Source: Solirubrobacteraceae bacterium (GTDB taxonomy: Bacteria > Actinomycetota > Thermoleophilia > Solirubrobacterales > Solirubrobacteraceae). Taken from it: DNA of 59,031 bases. The notes under the pieces were generated by a model. That model was not told where the DNA came from. It was given only the letters and a program-made list of their open reading frames with translations, and ran no database searches. The stretch spans positions 1 to 59,031 of the forward strand of contig DATJBO010000072.1 of the NCBI GenBank assembly GCA_035515315.1. The letters run 5' to 3'. This document shows, in pieces, positions 18,221-27,637 of this stretch. Positions within the stretch are counted from its first letter, which is position 1, and each line of letters opens with the position of its first letter. Both the position numbers and the translations under genes were made by a program.

Positions 18221-18895
18221 TCAGCCGGCGGCGAGCCCTTCGTGTTGGGGCGTGGAGGGCGCCACACCTGGCGCGAGCGGGGACCCCTCCTCCTCGGCCG
18301 GCAGGAGCCGGGAGCGACCGGTCCGCAGGGCGCCCCCCGCGGCCAGGATCGCGAATCCCACGCCGCTCAGCAGCAGGGCGATGCCGACGACGACCCCGAA
18401 CACCGACGTCTGGTCGGCCATGTAGCTGGTGTTGAGCGCCGTCGCCAGGGCCGTCTCGTCGATCCACACGCTGCGGGCCGGGTTTTCGACGGGCTTGCCG
18501 GCGGGCGACTTTTGCGCCGCCGCTTCGTCGTTCGTGCCCTTGCCGTTGGCCGTCGCGTAGCGGGGCATCTGCGAGTAGTACAGGCCACCGGTCGCCTCGA
18601 GGGCGTGGATGGTCATGTACTGCGCGAAGCACCGCGCCTTCGAGCCGGTGTCGATCGCTTGGTTCGCGACCGAACACGACGGGATCGGCAGGGTCGACAC
18701 GTTGAGCCCGGCCTTGGCCGCCTCGCCCTTGATCGCCTGCGGGGTCATGTCCGGAGTTCCGGTGATCTTCTGTTCGGCGAGGTCCGTTTTGACAGTGCTG
18801 CGGCCGTTGGCCCCCAGCACGATCGCCGCCACGCCGAAGCCGACGAGGACCACCGCGGCCACGATGCCGCCGATCTCAAGCAATTTTCGCCTCAT
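18221..18895 (-). CDS. Conserved actinobacterial two-TM membrane protein, function unknown
   Basis: N- and C-terminal TMs flank a loop with HALEATGG..YSQM and ETALATALNTSYMA; AAGGGGAG RBS. Confidence 0.75.
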   Translation of the reverse strand: MRRKLLEIGGIVAAVVLVGFGVAAIVLGANGRSTVKTDLAEQKITGTPDMTPQAIKGEAAKAGLNVSTLPIPSCSVANQAIDTGSKARCFAQYMTIHALEATGGLYYSQMPRYATANGKGTNDEAAAQKSPAGKPVENPARSVWIDETALATALNTSYMADQTSVFGVVVGIALLLSGVGFAILAAGGALRTGRSRLLPAEEEGSPLAPGVAPSTPQHEGLAAG

Positions 18896-19042
18896 GTTCT
18901 CCCCTTCCACGCTGTTGGAAACCTGCTCCCCAGCCTGGTCGACGCGGCTTCCCCGAACATCCGCTAAAAGCGGCAATCGTGGTGCGGCTTACACCGCCGG
19001 TTCCGGCGCATTCCCCACCGGCTGGTACGTAGGATTCATCCC

Positions 19043-19726
19043 ATGAGGATCCGTGGGGTGCTGCTGGCCGCACTCGCCGTGGCGGCGATCGCGTTGGTGC
19101 CGGCGTCGGGCGCCAGCGCCAGCAACGCGTCCGCCACGCACGCCTACCTGAGCGCCAACTACGCGCTCGTCCACGCCGCCCACACGCGCATCCACCAGGT
19201 CGAGTCGACGCTCCGCGGGCTGCTGGCCCAGATCCGCCGCGAATGTCCGCTGGCGGCCAAGGGGTCACCCGAGGAAACCCAGTCCGAACAGCTGAGCAAC
19301 GAGGTGATCGGCACGATGGTGCTGACCGCGATCCGTCTCGACCTCCCGGCGGGCAGGGCCTACGTCAAGGCCGTCCGTCCGCTGCGCTGGAGCAGCCCCT
19401 CGCTGACGCGCTCCGTGCACGGCTATGCGGAAAAGGTCGCGAAGATCATCACCCTCCCGGTGCCCAAGCTCTGCCAGGACGTCAAGAGCTGGGCGAGCAG
19501 CGGCTTCACGACGCTGCCGTCCGCCACGCGGCCATTCGACTCCGTGTTCCTGAACTCGTGGGTGTCTCCCGGGTTCCTGCCCAGCGCCCTGAAGCCCTAC
19601 GAGGGCGGCTCCGTGCGATCGCTGGTGCGGCAGACCGAAAAGCAGGAAAGCGACATCGTGGACCTGGAAGCCCGCGAAGTCGAAACGTGGGGCAAGATCA
19701 TGGACAGCCTCGAACTCGAGCCGTAG
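19043..19726 (+). CDS. Hypothetical secreted protein
   Basis: Signal peptide; TAGGAT 7 nt upstream (leaderless start); normal codon pattern. Confidence 0.7.
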   Translation: MRIRGVLLAALAVAAIALVPASGASASNASATHAYLSANYALVHAAHTRIHQVESTLRGLLAQIRRECPLAAKGSPEETQSEQLSNEVIGTMVLTAIRLDLPAGRAYVKAVRPLRWSSPSLTRSVHGYAEKVAKIITLPVPKLCQDVKSWASSGFTTLPSATRPFDSVFLNSWVSPGFLPSALKPYEGGSVRSLVRQTEKQESDIVDLEAREVETWGKIMDSLELEP

Positions 19727-19790
19727 AGGCACCCGGCCGCGGGCCCGGGGGCCGTGAGCCTCACGCCCGCGGGCGCGTCGCCAGGCTTCC

Positions 19791-21176
19791 CTACTCGGTG
19801 AGCGCCGCGGCCATCTCCGCGAACACGCGGACGTAGTCGTCGATCGTCTCGTCGGTGTGGGTCACCGACAGGGTCCACTCCTCCTCGCGTCCCGGGGTCA
19901 TGTAGATGCCCCGGTTCATGTTCCACAGCCATGCGAGCTCGGTCACCGGGACGTCCTGGTTGGCCTTGAAGGTTTCGTAGTCGACGATCGGCGTCGGCGA
20001 GAACGTCACGCAGCCCTTGGAGCCGACGCCGACCGCGTACCCGGGGAGCCGGTGCCGTTCGATCACCTCCTGGCAGCCGCCGACGATGCGGTCGTTGAGG
20101 GCGTCGAGGTGCTCGTACGCGGACGGGGTCAGCACGCGCTCGAGGCTGGCCCGCGCCGCGGCCATCGTCAGCGGGTTGCCGTTGTAGGTGCCGACCTGGT
20201 AGACGCTGCCGTCCTCGACCACGCTCATCACCCGCTCGGTGCCGCCGATCGCCCCGGCGGGCAGCCCCCCGCCGAGCGTCTTGGCGAGCGTGACCATGTC
20301 CGGCTTGACGCCGAAGCGCTCGGTCGCGCCGCCCGCTGCGATCGCCAGGCCGGTCTTCACCTCATCGAAGATCAGCACCACGTCGTGGCGTTCGGTGAGC
20401 TCCCGGACCGCCTGCAGGTAGCCCGGCTCGGGGAGCACCACCCCGAGGTTCATCATCGCCGCCTCCATGATCACGCACGCCGGGGGGCGCCCTTCGGAGA
20501 ACAGCCTCTCGATCCGTTCCTCCATCGCCGGCGCGTCGTTGAAGGGAACCGGGATCGTCAGGTCGGTGACCGCCTTCGGGATGCCCGCGCCGTAGGCGAG
20601 CGACGCGAGATTCCTGCGGTCGCCGATTTCGGCGTACGGCACCCCGATCGAGACCATCACGGCGTCGTGGTGGCCGTGGTAGGAGCCGAAGATCTTCACG
20701 ATCGTGTCCCGGCCGGTCAGGGCGCGGGCGATCCTGATCGCGTCCATCGTCGCCTCCGAACCCGAGTTCACGAAGCGCCACCGTTCCAGCCCGAAGCGCG
20801 CGGCGAGGTTCTCCGCCACAGCGACGCTGTCCTCGGTGACGGCAGCGAAGTGGGTGCCCAGCGGCGCCCGCGTATGCAGGGCCTCGACGATCTCCGGGTT
20901 GGCGTGGCCCTGGACCATCGAGCCGAAGCCGTTGTGGAAGTCCCAGTAACGGTTGCCGTCAACGTCGGTCACCCGCGGCCCCTCGCCCGAGACGAGGTAG
21001 ATCGGCCAGGGGTCGCGCAGCTGGTATGAGGACGCCACGCCCCCGCTGAGCGAGCGGCGCGCGCGGTCGTACATCGCCGCCGAGCCGTCGGTCCGTGCGT
21101 TCAGCTCCGCGAGCTCCCTGCGCGTGAGCTCGGCTACACGCTCGTGATCGATCTGGACCGTGCTGCTGACAGCCAT
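19791..21176 (-). CDS. Class III PLP aminotransferase, glutamate-1-semialdehyde aminomutase-like
   Basis: RFVNSGSEAT, YHGHHD, LIFDEVKTG, PDMVTLAKTLGGGLP, GTYNGNPL motifs; AGGAAAGG RBS. Confidence 0.9.
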   Translation of the reverse strand: MAVSSTVQIDHERVAELTRRELAELNARTDGSAAMYDRARRSLSGGVASSYQLRDPWPIYLVSGEGPRVTDVDGNRYWDFHNGFGSMVQGHANPEIVEALHTRAPLGTHFAAVTEDSVAVAENLAARFGLERWRFVNSGSEATMDAIRIARALTGRDTIVKIFGSYHGHHDAVMVSIGVPYAEIGDRRNLASLAYGAGIPKAVTDLTIPVPFNDAPAMEERIERLFSEGRPPACVIMEAAMMNLGVVLPEPGYLQAVRELTERHDVVLIFDEVKTGLAIAAGGATERFGVKPDMVTLAKTLGGGLPAGAIGGTERVMSVVEDGSVYQVGTYNGNPLTMAAARASLERVLTPSAYEHLDALNDRIVGGCQEVIERHRLPGYAVGVGSKGCVTFSPTPIVDYETFKANQDVPVTELAWLWNMNRGIYMTPGREEEWTLSVTHTDETIDDYVRVFAEMAAALTE

Positions 21177-21273
21177 GTCGGGCCGCCTTTCCTGGACGTG
21201 GGACAGCGGCGCCGTTGCGCCGGGAGGCACTGCACGTCCCCCGCTGCTCAGCTTAGCCGCCGGGATGTCGCCG

Positions 21274-22662
21274 TCAGCCGGTGAAGTGCGGCGTCTTGTG
21301 CGCCACGGTCACCTTGCGCCGGTGCTTCTTGGTGCTCTTCGCGCCGAGCGTTCCGGTACTCGGGTGGCTCCCCGAGCCCACCGTGCCCGTGCTGCTCCCG
21401 AGCGTGCCGGAGGTGCCGGTGCCGGTCCCCGAGCCCGTGCCGGGATTGCCGTTGCCGCTGCCGTTGTTGTTGGTGCCCGGACCCCCCGGCGGGGGCTGCG
21501 TGACGCTGGCCTTGACGATCACCATGTTGCTCGCCACTTCGACCCGCGCTGCGCCGGCGGGCGTCCCCGTGACGTACGCGACGTTCGAGTAGGGCCCCGC
21601 TTCGACGAGCTTGTAGCTACAGCTGTAGGTGGTGCTGGCGCCGGGCATCAGCGTCCCGCCCGGACCGAGCCCTCCCGAGATCGTTCCCAGGTCGCAGTAG
21701 ATGTCGGTGAATTCGCTCAGCACCAGCGCCACGTTTCCCGTGTTCTTGGCGGTGATCTGGTACAGGACCGTCTGACCGACCGAGCCCGTCAGCGTCGCGG
21801 CGGTGAAACCCGTGCCGTTGCCCTTGATTTCCTGCACCTTGGACAGCGACAGGCGCGCTTCGATCGGCACCTTGGCGACCACCGGCTTTGATTCGCGGAC
21901 TTCGGTTCCGCCTTCCGGGTAGGTGGCGCTCGCCGAGGCGGCGTTGGGGTAGGAGCCCCCGGCCGTGAGCAGGCGGCTGCAGGTGAACACGAGCTTGCCC
22001 CCGGGGGCCACGGCTCCGCCGACGGGGCCGCCCGAGATCGTCCCCGGATCGCAGTTGGGGTCCAGGAAGCTGCTCAACGTGAAGGAGACGTTGCCCGTGT
22101 TCGACACGGTGATCTGGTAGTCGACGGTCTGGCCGACCTTGCCGGTGATTTCTTCGCCGGTGAAGCCGCCGCTGGAGCCCGCGATCTCCTGGAGCTTGAC
22201 GATCGTGAAGCTGGGCTTCGGTTCGGCCCCGCATTTGACGTGTTCCTTGTGTTTGCCGCTCTCCCCGACGACGCCGTTGGTGTTCCAGTGCGCTTCGGCG
22301 GTGAGCTTGTGCATCCCCGCGGGGAGCGGGGATTCGACGGTGCTCTGTGCCGACGAGCCGTTGAATTCGAGCTTTTCGTTGAACATGAACACCCCGTCGG
22401 AGCGCATCCGCTGGGTCACCACGTTTTTTTCAACTTCCGGGAAGCCGCTGTAGATGAACGTGGTCTTTTCGCAGCCGAAGATGATCGCCACTTTGCGCAC
22501 GGCCAGCGCGGGCTGGGCCACCAGGCCACTGAGGGCGAGCGCGCCCAGCACGGCGAGCGCCGGCACGCGGACACGCGCGCGACGGGCACGCGACGGCGGG
22601 CCTTCCGCAGTCCGGCCCCCTTGGCTATCTCTCGCGTCGGGGCGGCACCGACCGCTTCCCAC
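21274..22662 (-). CDS. Secreted protein with two DUF11/DUF7507-like Ig repeats and Gly/Thr-rich basic tail
   Basis: Two copies of KxQEIxG..GFT..VGQTVxYQITxxNTGNV..D..CD.GTISGG; AAGGAGG before GTG 22662. Confidence 0.8.
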   Translation of the reverse strand: MGSGRCRPDARDSQGGRTAEGPPSRARRARVRVPALAVLGALALSGLVAQPALAVRKVAIIFGCEKTTFIYSGFPEVEKNVVTQRMRSDGVFMFNEKLEFNGSSAQSTVESPLPAGMHKLTAEAHWNTNGVVGESGKHKEHVKCGAEPKPSFTIVKLQEIAGSSGGFTGEEITGKVGQTVDYQITVSNTGNVSFTLSSFLDPNCDPGTISGGPVGGAVAPGGKLVFTCSRLLTAGGSYPNAASASATYPEGGTEVRESKPVVAKVPIEARLSLSKVQEIKGNGTGFTAATLTGSVGQTVLYQITAKNTGNVALVLSEFTDIYCDLGTISGGLGPGGTLMPGASTTYSCSYKLVEAGPYSNVAYVTGTPAGAARVEVASNMVIVKASVTQPPPGGPGTNNNGSGNGNPGTGSGTGTGTSGTLGSSTGTVGSGSHPSTGTLGAKSTKKHRRKVTVAHKTPHFTG

Positions 22663-22739
22663 GTCTCCTCCTTGAGGTTCCCCTCTGGGCGAGCTGTCGG
22701 ATCGACGGCAGCCCGCTTCCAGCCTTGAACAGTCAGGCG

Positions 22740-22770
22740 AGAATACCACCGACGCGAGGCCCCGATGCAA
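22740..22770 (-). promoter_or_regulatory. Sigma70-type promoter
   Basis: TTGCAT-18 nt-TATTCT with an extended -10 TG. Confidence 0.5.
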
Positions 22771-22805
22771 GTACGGGTTCGCCTCCCGGAGGCGTTCGCA
22801 GCGGG

Positions 22806-23588
22806 CTACACGGGGGCACCCGAGAAGCGCGCGTACAGCTCCGGGAGCAGCGTTGCGAGGTTCGCGTACTCCTCCACGCAGTGGCGGGCAAGCGCCCGCG
22901 GGACGGGCGGCGCGAGCATCCGACGGCGGATCCGCCGGCGGTTGAGCAGCCCCTCGAGCAGCGCCCCCGCGGGGCCGTAGGGGCGGATCGCGGCGCCCAG
23001 CCAGAAGCGGCTGCGTAGCACCAGCCCGTCTCCCTCGCTAAGGAACACGTGGAACATCACCGAGTGGCGGACCCGCATCCGGTCATCGCCCACGTAGGCG
23101 GCGAGCACGGTCGCCACGTGCGGGGCTTCGAGGGCGGACGCGCTCATGCCCAGCAGCGAGGGGTCCTGAAAGCAGATGCGCGCGTGCACGATCCCCGTGC
23201 CGACGTCCTCGACGGGGTGGTGCACCGCACCCCAGAAGGGCTTGGCGCGGGGCCGCGAGGGGGCCTCCAGCGAGTTGTCGAAATGCGCCACCGGATGCCA
23301 GATCCGATACCGGATCGCCTCCCGCGGATGCCAGTCGAACCACCAGTCGACCATCTCGGCGGTGACACCCGGCATCGGCGTGCGGGCGGCCACCTGGGCC
23401 GTGCCGTCCGGCAGCATCCACCAGCCCGTCTCGACCGTCATCGGCTCCGGGTCGAGCAGGCGGTCGACCTGGGCCAGCCCCAGCGCCGTGGAGGGGTCGC
23501 ATGGTCCGGCCTCGACGGCCGCGAGCTCCTGCGGCCGGGGCGGGGACAGGGGACGCTGCAGGTAGGGACCGAGGTCGGACGCGCTCAT
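22806..23588 (-). CDS. DAPG hydrolase (PhlG)/phloretin hydrolase family C-C hydrolase
   Basis: MPGVTAEMVDWWFDWH, RYRIWHP, EDVG, LRSRFWLG, HCVEEYANLA motifs. Confidence 0.85.
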   Translation of the reverse strand: MSASDLGPYLQRPLSPPRPQELAAVEAGPCDPSTALGLAQVDRLLDPEPMTVETGWWMLPDGTAQVAARTPMPGVTAEMVDWWFDWHPREAIRYRIWHPVAHFDNSLEAPSRPRAKPFWGAVHHPVEDVGTGIVHARICFQDPSLLGMSASALEAPHVATVLAAYVGDDRMRVRHSVMFHVFLSEGDGLVLRSRFWLGAAIRPYGPAGALLEGLLNRRRIRRRMLAPPVPRALARHCVEEYANLATLLPELYARFSGAPV

Positions 23589-24925
23589 GCCCCTGCCGGC
23601 CCGGGGCAGTCCATCCAGGAGCAGAACATCCCGTCCGGGTCATACCGCGCGCGCAGCTCGTCGAGGCGGCGGCGGCGATCGTCGCTGAGGAACCGCGCCG
23701 GGCGCCGGCCGAGGTTCTCGTCGGCCAGCTGGATGCCGCTCGCCAGCGGCTCCATCTCGCGCATCCGCTCGGTGGCCCACGCCGACACGGCCGCGTCCGT
23801 GCTCTGCTCCGTGCCGGCGCCGTAGAGGGCGATGTAGGTGTCGTCCTCGACGCTGTAGGCCATCTCGGGTCGCGGAGGGCTGGGCCCCCAGTTCATCCAC
23901 AGCATGTGCGAGGGCGCCGCCGGCAACGTGTCGGCGATCCGCCGCAGGCCGGGCAGCAGCTCCTCGACGGGGGCGTGGGTCCACATGTTGTCAACCGCCC
24001 AGCGGTGGCCGTCCGGGTAGACGGCGGCGCTGCCGGCGAACAGGTCCTCGAAGCTCACCGCCACGTAGGGGACGGACAGCTTGGCCTGCGCCAGAAGCGG
24101 GCACCCCTGGAGCACCGACAGGTCCGCCCGCGCCTGCTCCTCGTCGTCGGCCAGCACCGGCGCCGTCATCGCGATCTCGGGCTCGCCCGCCTCGTCGCGG
24201 TGCACGAGCAGCATCAGCTCGACGCTGCGCGGCACCCCGGGCCCGATCTCGGCGGCCCACCGGAAGAGGTCCTCGAGCACGTCCACCGGGAAGGTGTGCA
24301 GGGAGTTGGCGACCACCGCCGGACGCGGGTGCAGGCGCAGGTGAAAGCCCGTCACGGCGGCGAAGAAGCCCGGGCCGGACCCGCGGGCCGCCCACAGCAG
24401 GTCGCTGTGGCGCTCGCCGTCGGCCCTCAGCACCTCGCCCTGCGCGGTGACCACGTCGATCGCCTCCACGCTCATGCACGCCGGTCCGTGGACCCTGCCG
24501 TTCCAGCCGTATCCCCCCTGCAGCAGATAGCCGCCCACCGCCACCCCCACGCAGTGCCCGACGGGGAAGAACAGCCCGTGCCGGGCGAGCTCGGCGAGCA
24601 GCCCGGTCCCGTGGCAGCCGGGTCCCACCACGGCGCTCGCCCGCTGGGGGTCGACGCGGGCGGAGTCCAGGCGCGAGAGGTCGATCAGCAGCACCTCGTC
24701 GCGTAGGTGGTTGCCGGCCCAGCTGTGACCCCCGGAGCAGACCGTCACCCTCAGCCCCTGGGCCCGCGCGAGCTCGATCGCCGCGATCACCTCGTCGGGG
24801 TCCCGCGGGCGGGCGATCAGCTCCGGGTAGCGCTCCGGCGTCAGGGCGTTCCACAGGCTGCCCCGGCGGGCCGGCTCGTATCCGTGCTCCCCTCGGCGCA
24901 ACGTCTGCGCCGGCTCCGCTGCCAT
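23585..24925 (-). CDS. FAD-binding oxidoreductase (VAO/BBE superfamily)
   Basis: SGGHSW, GHCVGVAVGGYLLQGGYG, DLLWAARGSG, RYDPDGMF; CGAGGAGG RBS; ATGA-coupled to the hydrolase. Confidence 0.9.
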   Translation of the reverse strand: MAAEPAQTLRRGEHGYEPARRGSLWNALTPERYPELIARPRDPDEVIAAIELARAQGLRVTVCSGGHSWAGNHLRDEVLLIDLSRLDSARVDPQRASAVVGPGCHGTGLLAELARHGLFFPVGHCVGVAVGGYLLQGGYGWNGRVHGPACMSVEAIDVVTAQGEVLRADGERHSDLLWAARGSGPGFFAAVTGFHLRLHPRPAVVANSLHTFPVDVLEDLFRWAAEIGPGVPRSVELMLLVHRDEAGEPEIAMTAPVLADDEEQARADLSVLQGCPLLAQAKLSVPYVAVSFEDLFAGSAAVYPDGHRWAVDNMWTHAPVEELLPGLRRIADTLPAAPSHMLWMNWGPSPPRPEMAYSVEDDTYIALYGAGTEQSTDAAVSAWATERMREMEPLASGIQLADENLGRRPARFLSDDRRRRLDELRARYDPDGMFCSWMDCPGPAGA

Positions 24926-25010
24926 CGACCCTCCTCGCGGTCCAGATGTCCGGGCATTCAGGGCGCACACACCGTATCTCGCGGGCACGGGACGGCCTAC
25001 GATGGGCCCC

Positions 25011-25799
25011 GTGAGCCGCCGCGAGCTCCACGAGGCCGGCACCCCGTGGGACGCCGGCACCCCGTGGGACGCCGGCACGTACGACCGCGTCAGCGACCCC
25101 CAGCTCGCGTGGGCGGGGGACGTGCTCGCGCGCCTGGAGGGGCTGCGAGCGGACGCGACCGTGCTCGACGTCGGGTGCGGGACCGGGCGTGTCACCGAGC
25201 TGCTCACACAGCTCGTCCCGCGCGGGCGCGTGCTCGGCGTGGACGCCTCCCGCGAGATGGTCGAGCTGGCCCGTCGGCGCCTGGACGGGCGCGCCGAGGT
25301 GTGGTGCCAGGACGTGCTCGAGCTCGAGCTCGACGAGGAGCTGGATGCGATCGTGTCCACCGCGACCCTTCATTGGGTGCGCGACCACGACCGGCTGTGG
25401 CCGACGCTCGCGCGGGCGCTGCGCCCCGGCGGGCGGCTCGAGGCCCAGTGCGGCGGAGCGGGCAACATCGCGCGGGTCAGGGAGACGATCGAGCTGGTCG
25501 CCCGCGAGCTGGCCCCCGAGCTCGTCGGCTTCTCGCCGTGGCAGTTCGCTGGGGCCGAGGAGACCGCGCAGCGACTGCGCCACGCCGGCTTCGAGCAGGT
25601 GCGCTGCTGGCTGGTCCCCCGGCCCACCGAACCCGCCGATCCCCCGGCGTTCGTCCGCACCTCGATCCTCGCCGCCCACCTCGAGCGGCTGCCGGCCGAG
25701 CGGCGCGAGCCGTTCGCCGACGCGGTCGCCGAGCGCGTGCGCCTTCCGCTCGACTACGTCCGGCTGAACATCTCCGCCAGCCGTGCGATCCTTGACTGA
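25011..25799 (+). CDS. Class I SAM methyltransferase (trans-aconitate methyltransferase-like)
   Basis: VLDVGCGTG, STATLHWV, LRPGG, DYVRLNI; TACGAT 7 nt before GTG 25011. Confidence 0.88.
   Translation: MSRRELHEAGTPWDAGTPWDAGTYDRVSDPQLAWAGDVLARLEGLRADATVLDVGCGTGRVTELLTQLVPRGRVLGVDASREMVELARRRLDGRAEVWCQDVLELELDEELDAIVSTATLHWVRDHDRLWPTLARALRPGGRLEAQCGGAGNIARVRETIELVARELAPELVGFSPWQFAGAEETAQRLRHAGFEQVRCWLVPRPTEPADPPAFVRTSILAAHLERLPAERREPFADAVAERVRLPLDYVRLNISASRAILD
25035..25070. repeat. Exact 18-bp coding duplication (AGTPWD x2)
   Basis: GCCGGCACCCCGTGGGAC twice. Confidence 0.9.
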
Positions 25800-26392
25800 T
25801 GGCCGCCACCTTCACCGAGATCGACGAGCGCCTGGCGGGCTGGATCGCCTCCCAGGCGATGTTCTTCGTGGCCAGCGCCCCGCTGGGCGCCGACGGTCAC
25901 ATCAACCTGTCCCCCAAGGGCCCGATCGACACGCTGCGCGTGCTCGATCCGCACACGGTCGCCTACCTGGACCTGGTCGGCAGCGGTGCCGAGACGATCG
26001 CTCACGTCCGCGAGAACGGGAGAATCGTGATCATGCTGTGCGCGTTCGACGGCCCCCCGCGGATCCTGCGCCTGCACGGCGAGGGAGAGGTGATCGTGCC
26101 CGGCGACGCACGCTTCGAGGAGCTCTTCGAGCAGGCCGCCTTCGAGCAGCCGAGCGTCCCCGCCTCCCGGCGTGCGATCGTGCTCGTGCGGGTCAAGCGG
26201 ATCGCCGACTCGTGCGGCTACGGAGTGCCCCTGATGAGCTACGAGGGCAGGCGCCCCCACATGGATGCGTGGGCGGAGAAGAAGGTCCGGGTGGGGGGTC
26301 TCGAGGCACTGCAGGCCTACCAGCTGGAGAAGAACTCCGCCAGCATCGACGGGCTGCCGGCGCTGGACCTGCAAGAAGTCTCCTCGTCATAG
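25799..26392 (+). CDS. Pyridoxamine 5'-phosphate oxidase-like FMN-binding protein
   Basis: MFFVASAP, NLSPKG, GSGAETIAH.RENGR, SCGYGVP motifs. Confidence 0.9.
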   Translation: MAATFTEIDERLAGWIASQAMFFVASAPLGADGHINLSPKGPIDTLRVLDPHTVAYLDLVGSGAETIAHVRENGRIVIMLCAFDGPPRILRLHGEGEVIVPGDARFEELFEQAAFEQPSVPASRRAIVLVRVKRIADSCGYGVPLMSYEGRRPHMDAWAEKKVRVGGLEALQAYQLEKNSASIDGLPALDLQEVSSS

Positions 26393-26418
26393 GCGGGGCC
26401 CGGGGCCGCGACGGGTCG

Positions 26419-27531
26419 GTGAGCAGCGTCCCGGCATCGCGCCCCGACGAGGATCGGCTGCTCGCTCGCGCCCGAGAGGGGGAGCAGACGGCGTTCACCG
26501 AGCTGGTCCAGGCCCACCGGGCCGCGCTCCACGCGCACTGCTACCGCATGCTCGGCTCGGTTGACGACGCCGAGGAAGCGCTCCAGGAGGCGATGTTGCG
26601 GGCGTGGAGGGGCGTCGGGCGCTTCGAGGGGCGCAGCTCGCTGCGCTCGTGGCTGTACACGATCGCCACCAACACCTGCCTGGACCAGATCCAGCAGCGC
26701 GCCCGGCGGATCCTGCCGGCCGACCTGGGGCCACCGAGCGTGCTCGGGACCCCGCCCGGGGAGCCGGTCGTCGAGTCGGTGTGGATCGAGCCCTACCCCG
26801 ACGAGGAGCTGGGCTCCGCCGGAGCGATGGCCGTGCCCGAGGCCCGCTACGAAGCCCGCGAGGCCGTGGAGCTGGCCTTCATCGCCGCGCTCCAGCACCT
26901 GCCCGGGACCCAGCGCGCCGTGCTGATCCTGCGGGAGGTGCTGGCGTTCTCCGCGCGCGAGGTCGCCGAGGCGCTCCACACGAGCGTCGCGTCGGTCAAC
27001 AGCGCCTTGCAGCGGGCCCGCACGACGGTCGCCGCGCGGGTCCCGGAGCGAAGCCAGCAGGCCACCTTGAGGGCCCTCGGAGAGGAGTCCGTGCGCGAGA
27101 TCGTGGACCGCTACGTCGAGGCCTGGGAGCGCAACGACGTGGAGGCCTTCACGTCGATGCTGGCCGAGGAAGCGAGCGTCGCGATGCCGCCGCTGGCGAG
27201 CTGGTACCGGGGCCGCGAGGCGATCGCCCGGTGGGCGAGGGACTGGCCCCTGTCCGGCGCCTGGCGCTGGCGGGCGCTCTCCACGAGCGCCTGCGCCCAG
27301 CCTGCGCTGGGGTTCTACGCCTGGAGCGAGCCGGACCGGGCCTTCAGGCCGTTCGCGCTGAACGTGCTGAGCCTCGAGGGCGAGCGGGTCAGCGACGTGA
27401 CGGCGTTCATCGCCCGCGCGCCCCGGGCGAGCAGCGCCGAGGCCTACCAGCGCTATCCGCAAGAGGCGCCCGAGCCCGCCCTGGTGGAGGCCTTCTTCGG
27501 TCGCTTCGGGCTGCCCGGGCAGCTGGATTAG
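26419..27531 (+). CDS. ECF sigma factor with C-terminal SnoaL-like domain (SigG-like)
   Basis: HCYRMLGSVDDAEE, WLYTIATNTCLD, WIEPYPD, SVASVNSALQRAR, AMPP..WYRG. Confidence 0.9.
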   Translation: MSSVPASRPDEDRLLARAREGEQTAFTELVQAHRAALHAHCYRMLGSVDDAEEALQEAMLRAWRGVGRFEGRSSLRSWLYTIATNTCLDQIQQRARRILPADLGPPSVLGTPPGEPVVESVWIEPYPDEELGSAGAMAVPEARYEAREAVELAFIAALQHLPGTQRAVLILREVLAFSAREVAEALHTSVASVNSALQRARTTVAARVPERSQQATLRALGEESVREIVDRYVEAWERNDVEAFTSMLAEEASVAMPPLASWYRGREAIARWARDWPLSGAWRWRALSTSACAQPALGFYAWSEPDRAFRPFALNVLSLEGERVSDVTAFIARAPRASSAEAYQRYPQEAPEPALVEAFFGRFGLPGQLD

Positions 27532-27637
27532 GCGCGCTCCGGCCCGAGTCGTCCCGAAGGCTGCGCCGGCCTCGGGCCTCGTGGCAGGAGGCCTGCTCAG
27601 CCGAAGGCGCACCGCAACGAGGCCTGGCGGCGGCACC

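Noticed and set aside
18221-18895. Ring-opening dioxygenase LigA label sometimes given to similar proteins
   Set aside because: Two-TM topology and no dioxygenase motifs; left as unknown
19791-21176. Assigning hemL
   Set aside because: No tetrapyrrole genes nearby, and GSA-like paralogues with other substrates are common
25783-27531. 582-aa sigma factor with a long N-terminal extension
   Set aside because: The first ~212 codons overlap the PNPOx-like gene in another frame; the sigma domain begins near 26419
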